From the human T2T-CHM13v2.0 reference genome, Homo sapiens: a stretch of 64,000 nt of DNA. Both the position numbers and the translations under genes were made by a program. Shown here one piece after another: positions 18,197-32,039 of this stretch. The notes under the pieces were generated by a model that made no database searches, had not been told where the DNA came from, and saw only the letters and a program-made list of their open reading frames with translations. Numbering within the stretch: position 1 is the stretch's first letter; every line of letters begins with the position of its first letter. The stretch lies in NCBI RefSeq assembly GCF_009914755.1, contig NC_060926.1. One strand, 5' to 3'.

Positions 18197-18435
18197 GGCC
18201 GGGCACGGTGGCTCACACCTGTAATCCCAGCACTTTGGGAGACTGAGGCAGGTGGATCACGAGGTCAGGAGTTCGAGACCAGTCTGACCAACATGATGAA
18301 ACCCTGTCTCTACTAAAAATACAAAAATTACCTGGGTGTGGTGGCGTGCACCTGTAATCTCAGCTACACAGAGGCTGAGGCAGGAAAATCGCTTGAGCCC
18401 TGGAGGCAGAGATTGCAGTGAGCTGAGATCACATC
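18197..18435 (+). mobile_element. 3'-truncated Alu
   Basis: Ends at gagatcac with no tail. Confidence 0.93.
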
Positions 18436-20027
18436 CCAACCCCAGTCCCCAGCCTCTCCCTCTCCTTGGGCCTCCCTATCCCCTGAGACACAGGGATATT
18501 GAAATTAGGCCAGTTAATAACCCTACAATGGCCTCTAGGTGTTCAAATGAAAGGAAGAGTCACACGTCTCTCACTTTAAATCAAAAGCTAGAAATGATTA
18601 TGCCTAGTGAGGAAAGCATGTTCAAAAGCCCAGACAGTCTGAAAGCTAGGCTTCTTGTGCCGAGCCGTTAGCCAAGGTGTGTATGCAAAGGAAAAGTTCT
18701 TGAGGAAAATTAAAAGTGCTACTCTAGTGAATGCATAAGAAAGCTAATTAGCCTTAATGATGATATGGAGATACTTTTAGTGGTCTGGGTATAAGATCTA
18801 ACCAGCTATAACATTCTCTTAAACTGAAGTTTATTCCAGAGCAAGGCGGAGCTCTCTTGGATTCTGTGAAGGCTGAGAGAGATGAAGAAGTTGCAGAAGA
18901 AAAGTTTGATGCTAGCAGAGTTCGGTTCATGAGGTTTAAGAAAAGAAGCCATCTCTATAACATAAAAGAAGTGCGAGATGAAGCAGCAAGTGCTGATGCA
19001 GAAGCTGCAGCAAGTTATCTGGAAGATCTAGCTGGGATTGTTGATGAAGGTGGCTATGCTGAACAACGGATTTTCCAGGTAGACAAAACAATCTTATATT
19101 GCAAGAAGATGCCATCTAAGACTTTCATAGGTAGAGAGGAGAAGTCAATGCATGGCTTCAAAGCTTCAAAGGACAGGCTGACTTTCTTGTAACTGGCTAT
19201 TGCAGCTGGTGATTTTAAGTTGAAGCCAATGCTTATTTACTATTCTGAAAATCCTAGGGCCCTTAAGAATTACGCTAAATTTACTCTGCTTGTGCTCTAT
19301 AAATGAAATAACAAAGCCTAGATGACAGCTCGTCTGTTTTCAGCATGGTTTATTGAACAGTTTCAGCACATTTTTGGGAGTATTGTTCAGAAGACGTGAT
19401 TACTTTCAAAATATTATTACTATTGACAATGCACCTGGTCACTCAAGAAGTCTGATGAAGCTGTACAAGGAGATTAATGTTATTTTCACGCCTGCTAACA
19501 CAACATTCATTCTGCAGCCCATGGATCAAGGAGTAGTTTTGATTTTCAAGTCATTTAAGAAATTTCATGGGGCTGTGGCTGCCATAGTGATTCCTCTGAT
19601 AGACCTGGGCAAAGTAAATTGAAAACTTTATGGAAAGGATTCACCATTCTAGATCCCACTATGGACATTCACAATTCATGGGAGGATGTAAAAATATTGA
19701 CATAACAGGAGTTTGGAAGAAGCTGATTCCAACCCTCATGGTTTACTTTGAAGGGTTTGAGACTTCAGTGGAGGAAATACCTGCAGATATGTTAGAAATA
19801 GCAAGAGAACTAGAATTAGAAGTGGAAACTGAAGATATGTCTGAATTGCTGTGTCTCATGATAAAACTTGAACGGATGAAGAGTTGCTTCATATGGATAA
19901 ACAAAGTGGTCTTTGGAGATGGAATCTCTTCCTGGTGTAGATGCTGTGAACACTGTTAAAATATCAAGAAAGGATGTAGAATATTACATAAACTTAGTGG
20001 ATAAAGCAGTGGCAAGGTTTGAGAGGA

Positions 20028-20325
20028 TTTTTTTATTTTTTATTTTTTTGAGATGGAGTCTCGCTCTGTTGCCCAGGCTGGAGGGCAGTGATGCGATCTC
20101 AGCTCACTACAACCTCTGCCTCCCAGGTTCAAGCGATTCTGCCTCAGCCTCCTGAGTAGCTGGGACTCCAGGTGCGTGCCACTATGCCCAGCTAATTTTT
20201 GTAGTTTTAGTAGAGATGGGGTTTCACTATGTTGGCGAGGCTGGTCTCGAACTCCTGACCTCGTGATCTGCCTGCCTCGGCCTCCCAAAGTGCTGGGATT
20301 ACAGGCTTGAGCCATCACGCTCGGC
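20028..20325 (-). mobile_element. Alu inside Tigger1
   Basis: Full-length antisense Alu. Confidence 0.95.
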
Positions 20326-20651
20326 GATTTGAGATAATTGACTCCAATTCTGAAAGAAGTTTAACAGTGGGCAAAATGCTATGAAGCAGCATTACATGCT
20401 ACAGAGAAATTGTGAAAGGAAGAGTCAACCTATGGTGCAAACTTCATTGTTGTCTATTTTAAGGAATTGTTACAGCCATCCCCACCTTCAGCAACCATCA
20501 CCTTGATCAGTTAGCAGCCATCAACCCTGAGGTGAGACCCTCCTCCAGCAAAAAAGATTACAACTTGCTGAAGACTCAGGTGATTGCCAGCATTTTTTTT
20601 GCAATAAAGTATTTTTAAATTAAGATATGTACATTGTTTTGTTAAATATAA

Positions 20652-20978
<327 letters not shown>

Positions 20979-21679
20979 GAACATAACTTTTATATTTACT
21001 GGGAAACCAAACAATTCATGTGACTCACTTAATTTTGATATTCCCTTTAAGTGTCAGTGGTCTGGAACCAAACCCACAATGTCTCTGAAGTATCTCTATG
21101 TATTTCTACTTAGCTTGTTAAACAGCAAACAAGATGAGAATTTAGAATTTTAATTCCCAGGACCATTTTCTTTTAAATATAGGTCCATATCCATAATATA
21201 TATTCCATAATATAAAGATAATGAAGAAAGATATTGTTGGAATTCTTCTAGTCTGTTTTAGGCTTATGGATAGATAAAAAGGTGCAATATTAGTTTTCTT
21301 CTCTCGGAAAAAAACCAGTATTTTCCAGAGGATTTCATGGTTCTAGAAGTACTACTTCTAAAGCCTGCTTCTCTCTGCAGAGCTGCGAATGTCTTTTCAG
21401 ATAAGAAATTCTGCATTCCATTTATCTTCAGGATGTATCCTTTGATAAGATTTCAACAGATTAATGAGCAACTGAACTGCCATATTTTGAAGTGGGAGAA
21501 CAGTTTGCCTGAGTCAGGTATCCATCCCTTTAGGTTCTCGATTGGCCCTGGGCCCACGGTGAGTGAGCTCTCTTTGCTTGGTGCATCATCGCTCCACCTA
21601 GTTCAAGTTCTGGCGGCTTCCTGATTTTGATTCTCTTGGGAAATGAGGCCTGCTTTAGCCTGAGGCTGGCTCAGGAAGG

Positions 21680-21696
21680 CAACCTTTCACCTACTT
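21680..21696 (-). promoter_or_regulatory. DR1 PPRE-like element
   Basis: Minus strand reads AAGT AGGTGA A AGGTTG: a DR1 with the PPAR-type 5' extension, about 0.9 kb upstream of exon 1. Confidence 0.6.
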
Positions 21697-22440
21697 AAGG
21701 AAAAGTTCACAGGCAAACTAAACAATATGTTGGGTTAAAAAAAGAGACCAATCCTACTAGTACTGGGTGAGTGAAAATCTTCTCTCTTACAGTACATGTA
21801 GTTCTACTACCTGCACTGGATGCTTTCTTTCTTATCCTTGTTTTGTGTCTAAAACGAGAAACAATGGCAAACTCCTTAAAATACAGAACCACTGTGGATT
21901 CCTAAGAACGTTCAAAAACAATAATTTGGAGTAAACTTTTTTTTTTGAAAAGAAATAGCAAATTTGCATGGTGAGTGCATTTAGAGGAAAACGGGTTATA
22001 TGCTAGGTCAAGTGAGGCCAAAACAAGAGAAATGATAATGGATAAGCTTTGAGTTTTTGAGGCTCTTCTTGCCCCAGGCAGTTCCAAAAGCCATTTTATT
22101 TGGCAGGATTTGACAGCAATTTCTGCAAGAACGGGATAACTAATCCAGTTAAAAACGAAAAAGAATATGCATACTATTTCATAATTTATATTGAAATTTA
22201 TACATTACAGCAATAATTGTGCGACTGTAATTTTTTTTTTTTTTTTTTGGTGGAGGGGTGTTTTTTCCTGGAGGGACGGAGCTCCTGCAGACCCTATTGG
22301 GCTAGCCGCTCCTCCCACGTCGCTGCCGCAGATCCCCGCTCCCCTCCCCCACCCGCGGTCCGTCCCTCCTGGTCGACCCCGTTCCCGCCCCCGCCCCGCG
22401 CAGACTGCAGCCAGGTCCGGTCCGCGGCGGCTCCGCGGAA

Positions 22441-22456
22441 TGACCCGTAGTAACCT
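22441..22456 (-). promoter_or_regulatory. DR4 liver X receptor response element (LXRE)
   Basis: TGACCC gtag TAACCT (minus strand AGGTTA ctac GGGTCA), a canonical LXRE layout about 150 bp upstream of exon 1. ACSL3 is a known LXR target. Confidence 0.85.
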
Positions 22457-22590
22457 CGCCCCGCCCCGGGCCGCCAGCGCCGCGCTCCCCGGCCCGAATT
22501 CGATAGGCCCAGCCCCGCACGCGCCACCGCTCGCTGGCCAATGGGTGGCAGCCTCTCTGCATAGGCAACGAGTGCCGGCCGGGGGTGAGC

Positions 22591-22835
22591 GTCCCAGGCG
22601 GTTCCGCTCAACAGACGCTGCTGTGGCTGCGCCGGGCTGCGACACTGCAGTTGTCTACGCGGCCGGGGCCGGGACGAGGAGGCGTTGGACGGGGTCGCAT
22701 ACGTTCGTCCCCTCGCATTGCGGCCCCGACAGCTGCGCCAGGATCCCCGGGCGGCGGCGCGGGGCGTGAACGCTCTGGGGCTCAGCCAGGCCTGCGCGGG
22801 CCCGAGGCCGGAGGAACCCGGACTCCGGCGTAGCG
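22591..22835 (+). other. ACSL3: ACSL3 exon 1 (5'UTR; TSS approximate)
   Basis: Lies in the CpG island and ends at the consensus donor GCG|GTGAGT (22835/22836). No ATG. Confidence 0.9.
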
Positions 22836-23714
22836 GTGAGTGCGGCGCCGGTTGTGGGAGCGGCGGGAGCCGGTTGGCGGCGCGGCCTCCGCGTGCGGTT
22901 CGGCTGGGCCCGAGGGGCTCCCCAGCCTCGGGGCCTGGGACCCTGTCGTCGGCGCCGCACCTGACCGCTGGGTGTGCGCGCGGGCGGCCCGCGGCACCAG
23001 GAGCAGCGGCGAGCAGGGTGGGAGGCGGCCCGCTGGGGTCCGGGAAGCGGCTGACGTGGGGCCTCGGCCCTGAGCCCACGCGAGCCGGGAGCTGCAGCGC
23101 GAACGGCGTGGGGCGGCGCTGACCAGGCAGGGAGGATGCACTGCGTGCCTCCCGGCGCTGTGGGGCGGGGTGGGGAGGCCACCCCCTTGAATTAAGAGGG
23201 CTCTGCCGCGGCCCCAGCAGTGCGGTGTCCGTGGAAGGAGACTCAGCCCTGCGATTTCGGAAAACCCTTGTTTGGCGGGGCGGGAGGGGCTGTTGCTGCG
23301 TGGGGTGAGAAGAAACTAGGTGCGTGAGGTGGGTCGACCTTGGTGATTGGTTCTGGGCACTATCGTGGTGGTGGGACTGGGATTAAGACTGTCGTTTGGG
23401 GTTTGAGAGTTGCAGCTTTGCTTTTCCCCAAGTGCGTTTTAATCATATACTGTTGATAGGTTGGGTAACTCGGGGACTGCTTACTACCAGCAGTCCTGTG
23501 GGGTAGGTGTTATCAGGCTCGTTTCACAGATGAGGAGCCCGAGGCACAGGTTTTCAAATGGTTTTCGCAGGAAGTCTGATACTAGAAAGTGTGCTCTAAG
23601 CTGCTGTATAAAAGATCCCTCGAAAATGAAAAGGCTGGAGGAATGTCTTTAAAATTATATGGAAGCTAGAAAGGCAGTAGGCTTTGTGAACGAAATTATA
23701 GCTGAAAAGAATGA

Positions 23715-23945
23715 CAAATAGCTGACATTTATTGAGCTTTTATTACATGCCACGCACTGTTCGGAGAGCTTTATGTACAGTGTCTTCACACTGTTAACAG
23801 TCCTCTGGGGTGGGGGTTATTCCCATTTTACAGCGGGAGAAACTGCAGATTGGACGACTTAGCTTGCCTCAGATCTCAGCTAGTAAGAAGCTGGGATTCA
23901 GACAGGCCTGTGTAAATCCAGAGCTCTGAAATCTAAGCACTATAT
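23715..23945 (-). mobile_element. MIR
   Basis: cccattttacagcgggagaaactgcag core. Confidence 0.75.
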
Positions 23946-25639
23946 TTTGCTGCCTCTCCTTGGTGGCTGGCTGAATAGTTTCCACAGTGGATTTTAGTCT
24001 GGGTGGCCAGGAGAGTTGTAGTTTGATGATACCTTCTTTCATGTTTATCAACCTATTTTGTTTCCCCAAATGAGTTCTGAGAGTTAAGGGTGCTGATGAG
24101 TTTGCTCCTGAAAGTGTATTAGAAGGGTATTATAGGGGACAGGTGGTGTGACATGGGAATCTTTTGCACAGACTTGATTTTGTTTTCTGGCATTTTTCTG
24201 GGCAGTTCCTCACACTTGGGGATGAGTAAGCCTTCTAATTGTCGCATGCGTTTTCTCTCTAGACTTTTCCTGGTTTCTCTTTTGTATAAAAAGTATTGGT
24301 TTTGTAGGATGACATTGGGTGTGGGGCAGAGTGGTCCATTGGACCTAAGGGTCAAGGTGACAAGTCACCTCGTATCTTTGGATCTCAGTTACTGAATTTG
24401 TAAGGCTTTAGACTCAGTGACTTAAAGCTTAAATATTCTGAGGGTCTAAAATGTTCTCCTTGAAGGAAGAAAGGAAGAATGGGAGAAATGAAGAACGCAC
24501 AAATTATAAGGGGAAAATCATCCTCTGTCTGGTTTGGGGTGAGAATCAGATCTTAAAGCCTCGAGGTCTGTTTCATTTGCTTTTGTGTTTCCCTGCTGTT
24601 TGGTTCCAGTTAAGTGACTGTTTCATTCCTCATTTGATTAATTGACTCACCTAGAGCCATTTAATTTTTGTGATATGTCAGGCACCTTATTAGGTGCTGG
24701 GAATACAGCTGTGAATAGAGGGAAAAATAGACAAGAAGCAAATGGTCATACAAACGGATAGGTGGTTGCAAGTTTGATAGGTACGATGAAGGAAAAGTAT
24801 TGTGTGAATGAGGATTATGAGCAAGATTGTGATGTAGATGGAAATCTAGTCTAGGGAGCTGTTTTTTGAATTGATGTGGTGAGATTTTGCTAGAGGACAG
24901 TCTTGAAATCTGAGCCTGCAATTATGTACATAATGCAAGAGTTTGGGAAGTTGTCAGCAACAATAATTCTTTTCATTGCACAGTGTATTTCATACTCAGA
25001 ATGTCATCCCGGCTCTCATTGCAAGATACGAAAATGAGATAGGCAACTTTACAAGTTGTCATTCTGTCTGCCTTCAGGGTACTTAAAGCTTAAATAGTCC
25101 TCTAATACTTTCTCCCACTCAAAATGAACTGTAAGGGGGAGTAAGACTCTTTTATGTGAGATTTGGGCTTGAATATTGGATTTAGATTTTTTTTAGGAAA
25201 GCTAGGCCAAGGGTGATAGGCTTTTAAAACAACGAGCATCATAATGACTCAAAAGTATCCATTGTAGCATACGCTTCACAGGGTCATTTAACTTAAAAGT
25301 CTCATCATCTTAGGAGATCATTTTTTGATGGCTGGATTGGGAAATATAGATTGTTAAAAATATATAAATGTCTCAGTTGAACATGTATGAAGCCAATTCA
25401 AATAATACATTGCAATATATTTACTTAATGGCCATCTGCATGCAAAACACCGTCCTAGGGGTACCATGTGGCATAAATAAAAAAGATGAACTTGCCAAAG
25501 TTACTGCTTTCAAAGAGATTTCAGTTAATGTATACTAATACTCAAATTTAAGGTTTTTTTTTTTCAAAGTGCTAGCATATCTCATCTGATCCTTTTAAGA
25601 GCCATATATGATAAACAGAAATACTGAGAAAATGGAGAT

Positions 25640-26430
25640 AAAAAATTGTCAGGATATGGTGATAAATAGTAAATGGAGTGGGAGAAAGAGGTGCTAAGTG
25701 ATTACTAGGTTTCAGACCTATGCAACTAAAGAGGTATGTGTGCTATTCACTGAGCTGGGGCTTAACTGGTAGAGAACTAGGTTCTGGATATGGGAAGGGC
25801 ATGACTTTAGTTTTGGAAGTGTTCAGCTGGAGCTGCCTTTGAGGCCTTTATTGAGGTACTGGTTTTGTGCTGAGAATTGGGGTGGCCATTTACCGTTTTG
25901 AAGACCTCCATGTAGAGGCAAGAGCTCAAACCATGGGTATGGGTGAGATTGCCTGTGGGGAGGCTATAGAATAAGAAGAGGAGGAGGCCTGGGATGGAGC
26001 TGGGCAGAGGAGGTTGAGCTTGTCAAGGAGACAAGAGTGGCCAGGAAGGTCAGAGGACAGCCAGAAACAGATGTTCCTGCAAGGCGATGAGTCAGTACTG
26101 TGGAATGCTCCTATGAGAGAAGAATTGAGAACCATCATTGAATTTAGCAACATGGAGGTCACTGGTGACCTTTGAAAGAGATGCTGATCTGCAGGTAGGG
26201 GTGGGATGGGGAGCAGTGGGAGGTGAGGAAAACGGAGACAGAAACTGTTTCCAATAGGTTTGATTTCAGCATGTTTAAATGCTGATGGGAAGGCTCAGTG
26301 GAGAGGGAGTGGTTGAATATAGACTAGAAAAGGGTTTGTGCAGAGTTCCTAAAAGGATGGGGTTGGGATGGGACCCAAAGTACAACTGAGGCCTGTGTCT
26401 TTGCTGGGAGGAGGGGACACCTTCCACAGT
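25640..26430 (-). mobile_element. L2 remnant
   Basis: ttgaatttagcaacatggaggtcactggtgacctt is a typical antisense L2 motif. Confidence 0.7.
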
Positions 26431-27370
26431 AACAGAATACAGGCCTGTAACCTATGGAGTACTAAGCAAATGCCAAAAATTGTCAAGAACTGTTAAATTT
26501 CTAAAAATTAGCCCAATTTTAGTTGACTCATGACAGTCTTTTAGAAAACTTTGTTGCAAGAGCATTGTGTGATTGATTTAAAATGTGGCTCAGTCTTAAT
26601 TTCATCCCTCAATAGAGTATATATTTTCATCTGACTTTTGATTGTAATTTATTTATTTTCTGAAAAAGGAGACATTGTAAATGTTAAATCCTGTGGTGCC
26701 TTCCTTACATGTTTATTTTTGGTTTCATTAGAAAAAAGCTTTCAGACGGTTTCTGTTTTCCTGACATCATAGGTGCCTTAATTCTTTTAATTTAAAGTTT
26801 AGCTTCTGTTATTATTGGAATATGTTTATTTACGTATTTTTGATGTTTCCCATTTTGAAGGGTAAAGAATTGGATGATTCAGTAGTTTCAACTGATCTGC
26901 TAATTTTTGTTTAGAATTGAAGATACTTAAATAACCAACCTTTTGGATAAGTGGCCTCCAAATACAGCTTTCTGCTTGTTTGTGAAGGTATTTGTTATTA
27001 AGGATTCATTCATTCATGTATTTACTTAGTGTCTGTTTTGCAAGGTACTCGGAATTTGGAAATGATTGGGCGAGTTCCTGCTCTTAAGGAGCTCACAGTT
27101 CACCACAGGAAAGAGGTGTATGAACAAATTACAGCATGGTGGAACAGAAGAAGGTATATGAGCAAATATATTACAGGATGGTATAATCAGTGCAGCAGTG
27201 GAATCTGCTAGGAAATAGAGAAAAAGTGCAGAGCAGGCACAGAGTAGGGAAGGAAAAGGGGAGACTTCTCAGTGGAGATGATAGCTGAACTAGGTTTTCC
27301 AAGATGAACTGGAGTTTTCCCAGGTCAACAGGGAGCCAGGAAATAGAATGTTTTACCTTGATTTTGGATC

Positions 27371-27373
<3 letters not shown>

Positions 27374-27406
<33 letters not shown>
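27374..27406. repeat. (TG)n microsatellite
   Basis: About 16 units. Confidence 0.95.
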
Positions 27407-27408
<2 letters not shown>

Positions 27409-27732
27409 ACAGATGTGTACGCATTGGAGATGTTATAACGCTACCAAAGAATATTGTTAGAAAAATTAAAAATTGCTTATCTTACTATCCTCATGTTGAT
27501 TGCTCTAGCTGTGAAAAGCTGCACATTTTCCCCTGTCCTGTCATGGTCAACTTTTCTGTCTCCTATTTGATGCAGAAAGTAACTGAACTTAATTATATTA
27601 TTTGGATACAAAGCCTAGTTTTTGTTTTTCTAAATGAATGGTCTTTGGAATAAGGATAATAGCCAACACCTTTATAGTATACTGTGGCCAAATGCTGTTC
27701 TAATTTTTATCTCAGCCTTGCAAAATAGGTAC

Positions 27733-28023
<291 letters not shown>

Positions 28024-28381
28024 CTGCAAAATAGGTTCTTTTATCATTCTAATTTTTACAGCTGAGGAAACTGAAGCACAGAGCAATTTAAGTGACTTGC
28101 ACGATTGTGTGCTAAATGTGTGCTGGATTTCATCCCAGGCACTTTGGTTCCAGAGTCCCTGTTCTTAACCTGGGCGCTGCATCTCCTCTCTGGAGTGACA
28201 GTTTGAAGTTCATGTTAACCTTTGAAGGCATGATTGTGTAGGGAAAGGAGCTGTGATGACATTTAGGGGCAGTTTTATGTCTGTTTTAATTACACAAAGT
28301 TGCTGCCCCAAATAAAACTGCCCTGCCCCCCCCGCCCCCCCCCCCCCCCCCCCCGCCCCGGGGAAATCATAAGGAAATTGA

Positions 28382-28709
<328 letters not shown>

Positions 28710-29789
28710 TAGAATTTTCTTTTTGGACTTGAACATAATTCCTCAGGATGCTTTCCCCTTTAACCTTACTTCGCAGGAATTGTTATTGACTTTTTAGATT
28801 GGAATATAAAGGAATTTGGGATCCCATAGTCTGCTAATTCCATTTTCTTTTCCTGTCTTTTAACTAAAATATTGACGCACTTTCTGTATGTTTGAAAAAT
28901 ATTTCATAAAATTTAATCCACTTAAAGAAACCCACTCCTTTCCCCCAAATCTTACAGCTAACCACTGCTCTGAATTTGGTGTTTATTATTCCTATGTATT
29001 TCTGTACAGCTTTATTACACATGTGTGTTTCCTTAGACAGTGTATAGTATTGTTTTGTGTATTCTTAAACTTTATATAGATGGTACTGCATGTATTCTTG
29101 TTCAGCATACTGTTTATTTTATCCCCACTCAAAATCACTTATCAGTGTGGTTTCATGAATTGAGTTTCAACTCAATTCATCAGTGTGGGTTCATGTAGAT
29201 TTAGGTCATTTATTTTTACTGTGACAAGTTAGTGCATTTTAGGTCTATACCATATTTATTTCCCCTTTGCTCTCTTGATAGACTTTTAGGCTGTTTCCAT
29301 TTTTTTTGTTATTACAAACATTATTACCGTTAAGTATTATTGAACACAAGTCTTTGTTTTAATTTTTGACACTGTAGTTAACCTGTGCTCCTTTTTCTCT
29401 GTTCTTCACATTTTTGTCTCGGCCTTCCTCTAATCGTTTCATTATTTGAGCTAAGGTACCATTCTTTGTCCATTATACTTAACAGTACAAAACTGTAATG
29501 GGCACTTTTCCTCGAAGGCTCTTTTTAGTAATCTTTACTTTAGTTAACTTTCTTTGCTTTTTTTTTTTTTAAATAAAAATATCTTAAAATATAGAAATAT
29601 CTTGAACATATTTTACAGATATATATTATTTTACTTGTAATTCCATGCATGACTGCAGGGATAATTCACGTGTACCCTTTCTCTTGGGAAACGTTTCTGT
29701 GTTGATGTACATTTGATTTAGCTAATTCTGTATTTTAGTGTTTGTTTCCTTTAAATATTTTCCTCTAAATGTAGTGCACTTTTTTCATT

Positions 29790-30010
29790 GCAGTTTGGTG
29801 GGTAGGAACATGAGCTCAGAGTTAAGATTGCTTGGATTGGAATCCGGGCTCTACTTTTTAGCTGTGTGTCTTTGGGCAGCGTATTTAATTTCTATGTCTC
29901 AATTTCTTCATCTGTAAAATGGAGATAATAGAAATCTACCCGTAGATTGTTGTGAGATTCAAATGAGGTGTCTGGCATAGTCATTACTCAATACATATTA
30001 GCTATTTTTA
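29790..30010 (+). mobile_element. MIR
   Basis: ctcaatttcttcatctgtaaaatggagataata core. Confidence 0.8.
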
Positions 30011-30240
30011 TTAGTTTTATTTTTTGTTAGAGTATGCAGTATTTTCTAAGCCTACTCAGTTTGTGGTGTTGCCTTCTTTTTTGAAGCAGCATTTTAACAC
30101 AGACATCTATGCCTCAAGGAAATGTGTGATGTTTTATAACTGTTAGTGGAGATTGGGAAGAGATACTGTAAACTGTAGCAAACCATAAGTTGAGGTACAT
30201 TAACTAGATTGTTATATTTTAATATCAATAATTTAGGATT

Positions 30241-30579
<339 letters not shown>

Positions 30580-32039
30580 TCAATTTTTTTGAAATACGTA
30601 TAAAGCACTTTGAAAGTGAGTTGACATGGTGAAATTCTCAGATAATTACCAAGGGTCTACTCTTGTTAGTTTTAAATACCTTTTGTAATATGACCCTGAT
30701 AATGATTCAGATGGTGTTTCTAAGTATATTATCCTATGTCATCAACCTTGTGTTGTTCAGTGGAGAAGGAACCATTGCCATCCATGTATGTAAAGCTTCA
30801 TAGGTAAATTTGAGCGAGTGACTTAACCTTTCTCAGCCTTCCATTTCAATTTCTGTAACATAAAGATTTCAATTCTTACCTCACAAGGTTATCATGACTT
30901 ATGTTAGTTGCTTCCTTCATCTCTCTGGCTCCCCTGTCTTCTCTTGTAACTTCCTTTTTTTCTGTTTTCCCTATGTATATTCTTTCTTCCTCTTTATCCC
31001 TTCTCTGCCCTTCACAAGTAGTTTTTTGGTAAATGGTAACAAGACATTCTGAACCAGTGTGTGAGTGAACCCATTATATTAATAAAAATACACATTATTT
31101 AAAGGGGACTAGGAAATGTTAATTCTGTAAGGACAAGAGGATTTAGGCCATATGAAGTTACAGAGGAGATGCTGTAAATGTTAAATGAGCAGTATAAAGG
31201 ACAGAGAGGTCATGTTTTGCCACAGTAGCCAGGGAATGGTCAGCTGAGCAAAATGAGACTAATGTTAGATTTGAAGAAAGATTTGTGAGGAAGGTATTCA
31301 CATAGGATGTCCAGTGGGCAGTGGAGTTTGGAAGATTGGCAAATAAAACTGAGCCATCAACTGCTTGGGAGGACTCAGGAAGCTGTGAGGATAAATCACA
31401 TCCCATGGGGAAGAAAGGCACATGGACTTGGAGGACAAAAGCAATTAAGACCTAGCGTAACCTCTTTATTTATTGATTAAACTCTGAAAGTAGTTGTTGA
31501 ATGAATTAAACCTTCTAGGAATAGAAAGGGAGAACTAGCAGCTAGCAAATGGAGAGAATTGAGTGGCTCTGAGTTGTTGCAGGAGGAGCTTTGAAGGTCT
31601 GGCCCGAGTTGTTTGTAACCCTGCCGTTGAGACTGGTGGTGTGGCATTGTCTGTGCCATTTAGTCTGACTGGACTTCTGGTTTTTTTTTTTTTTTGGTCT
31701 GTAATCCTTTCTTGCTTTTGGGGGATGGAGAGGGATCTGCTTCATCACTGTTCTTTTTACCTCCTTTTCCCCCTCCTTTACTTGACTCAGGATTTTTGTT
31801 ACCTGTGCCATATTTATTTCTTAGGTGTCTTTGACTTTATCAGTTAGCTTTGTGCATTTCCCCATGTATTCATTGATGTGTTTACTACCTGGAATTTAAT
31901 GGGGTGTTTGCATGAGTCTCTTCCTCTTTTGACATCTCAATAAGCAAGATTCTCATGGAAACCATCTCAGAGGCAGTGGGCAGTAAATAGATGGAGTGAA
32001 AGATGAGGCAGAACTGTTTCTCTGCATTCTATATTGAGA

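Larger units (their letters stand above)
22270..23350. promoter_or_regulatory. ACSL3: CpG island / ACSL3 promoter
   Basis: About 1.1 kb of very GC- and CpG-rich sequence in an AT-rich background. GC boxes near 22387 and 22458, CCAAT at 22538-22542, inverted CCAAT at 22296-22300, upstream poly-T at ~22231-22248. Confidence 0.95.

Noticed and set aside
18336-20155. Transposase-like ORFs as a domesticated TIGD gene
   Set aside because: Multiple stops, frameshifts and Alu insertions; this is an ordinary decayed Tigger1.
21100-22500. Divergent antisense transcript from the CpG island
   Set aside because: Plausible for any CpG island, but no exon structure could be supported from sequence alone.
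22191-23182. Long ORFs (192, 261, 175, 146 aa) in the CpG island
   Set aside because: They are stop-poor GC-rich frames on both strands with low-complexity Pro/Arg/Ala/Gly content and no recognisable domain, and several cross the exon 1 donor.
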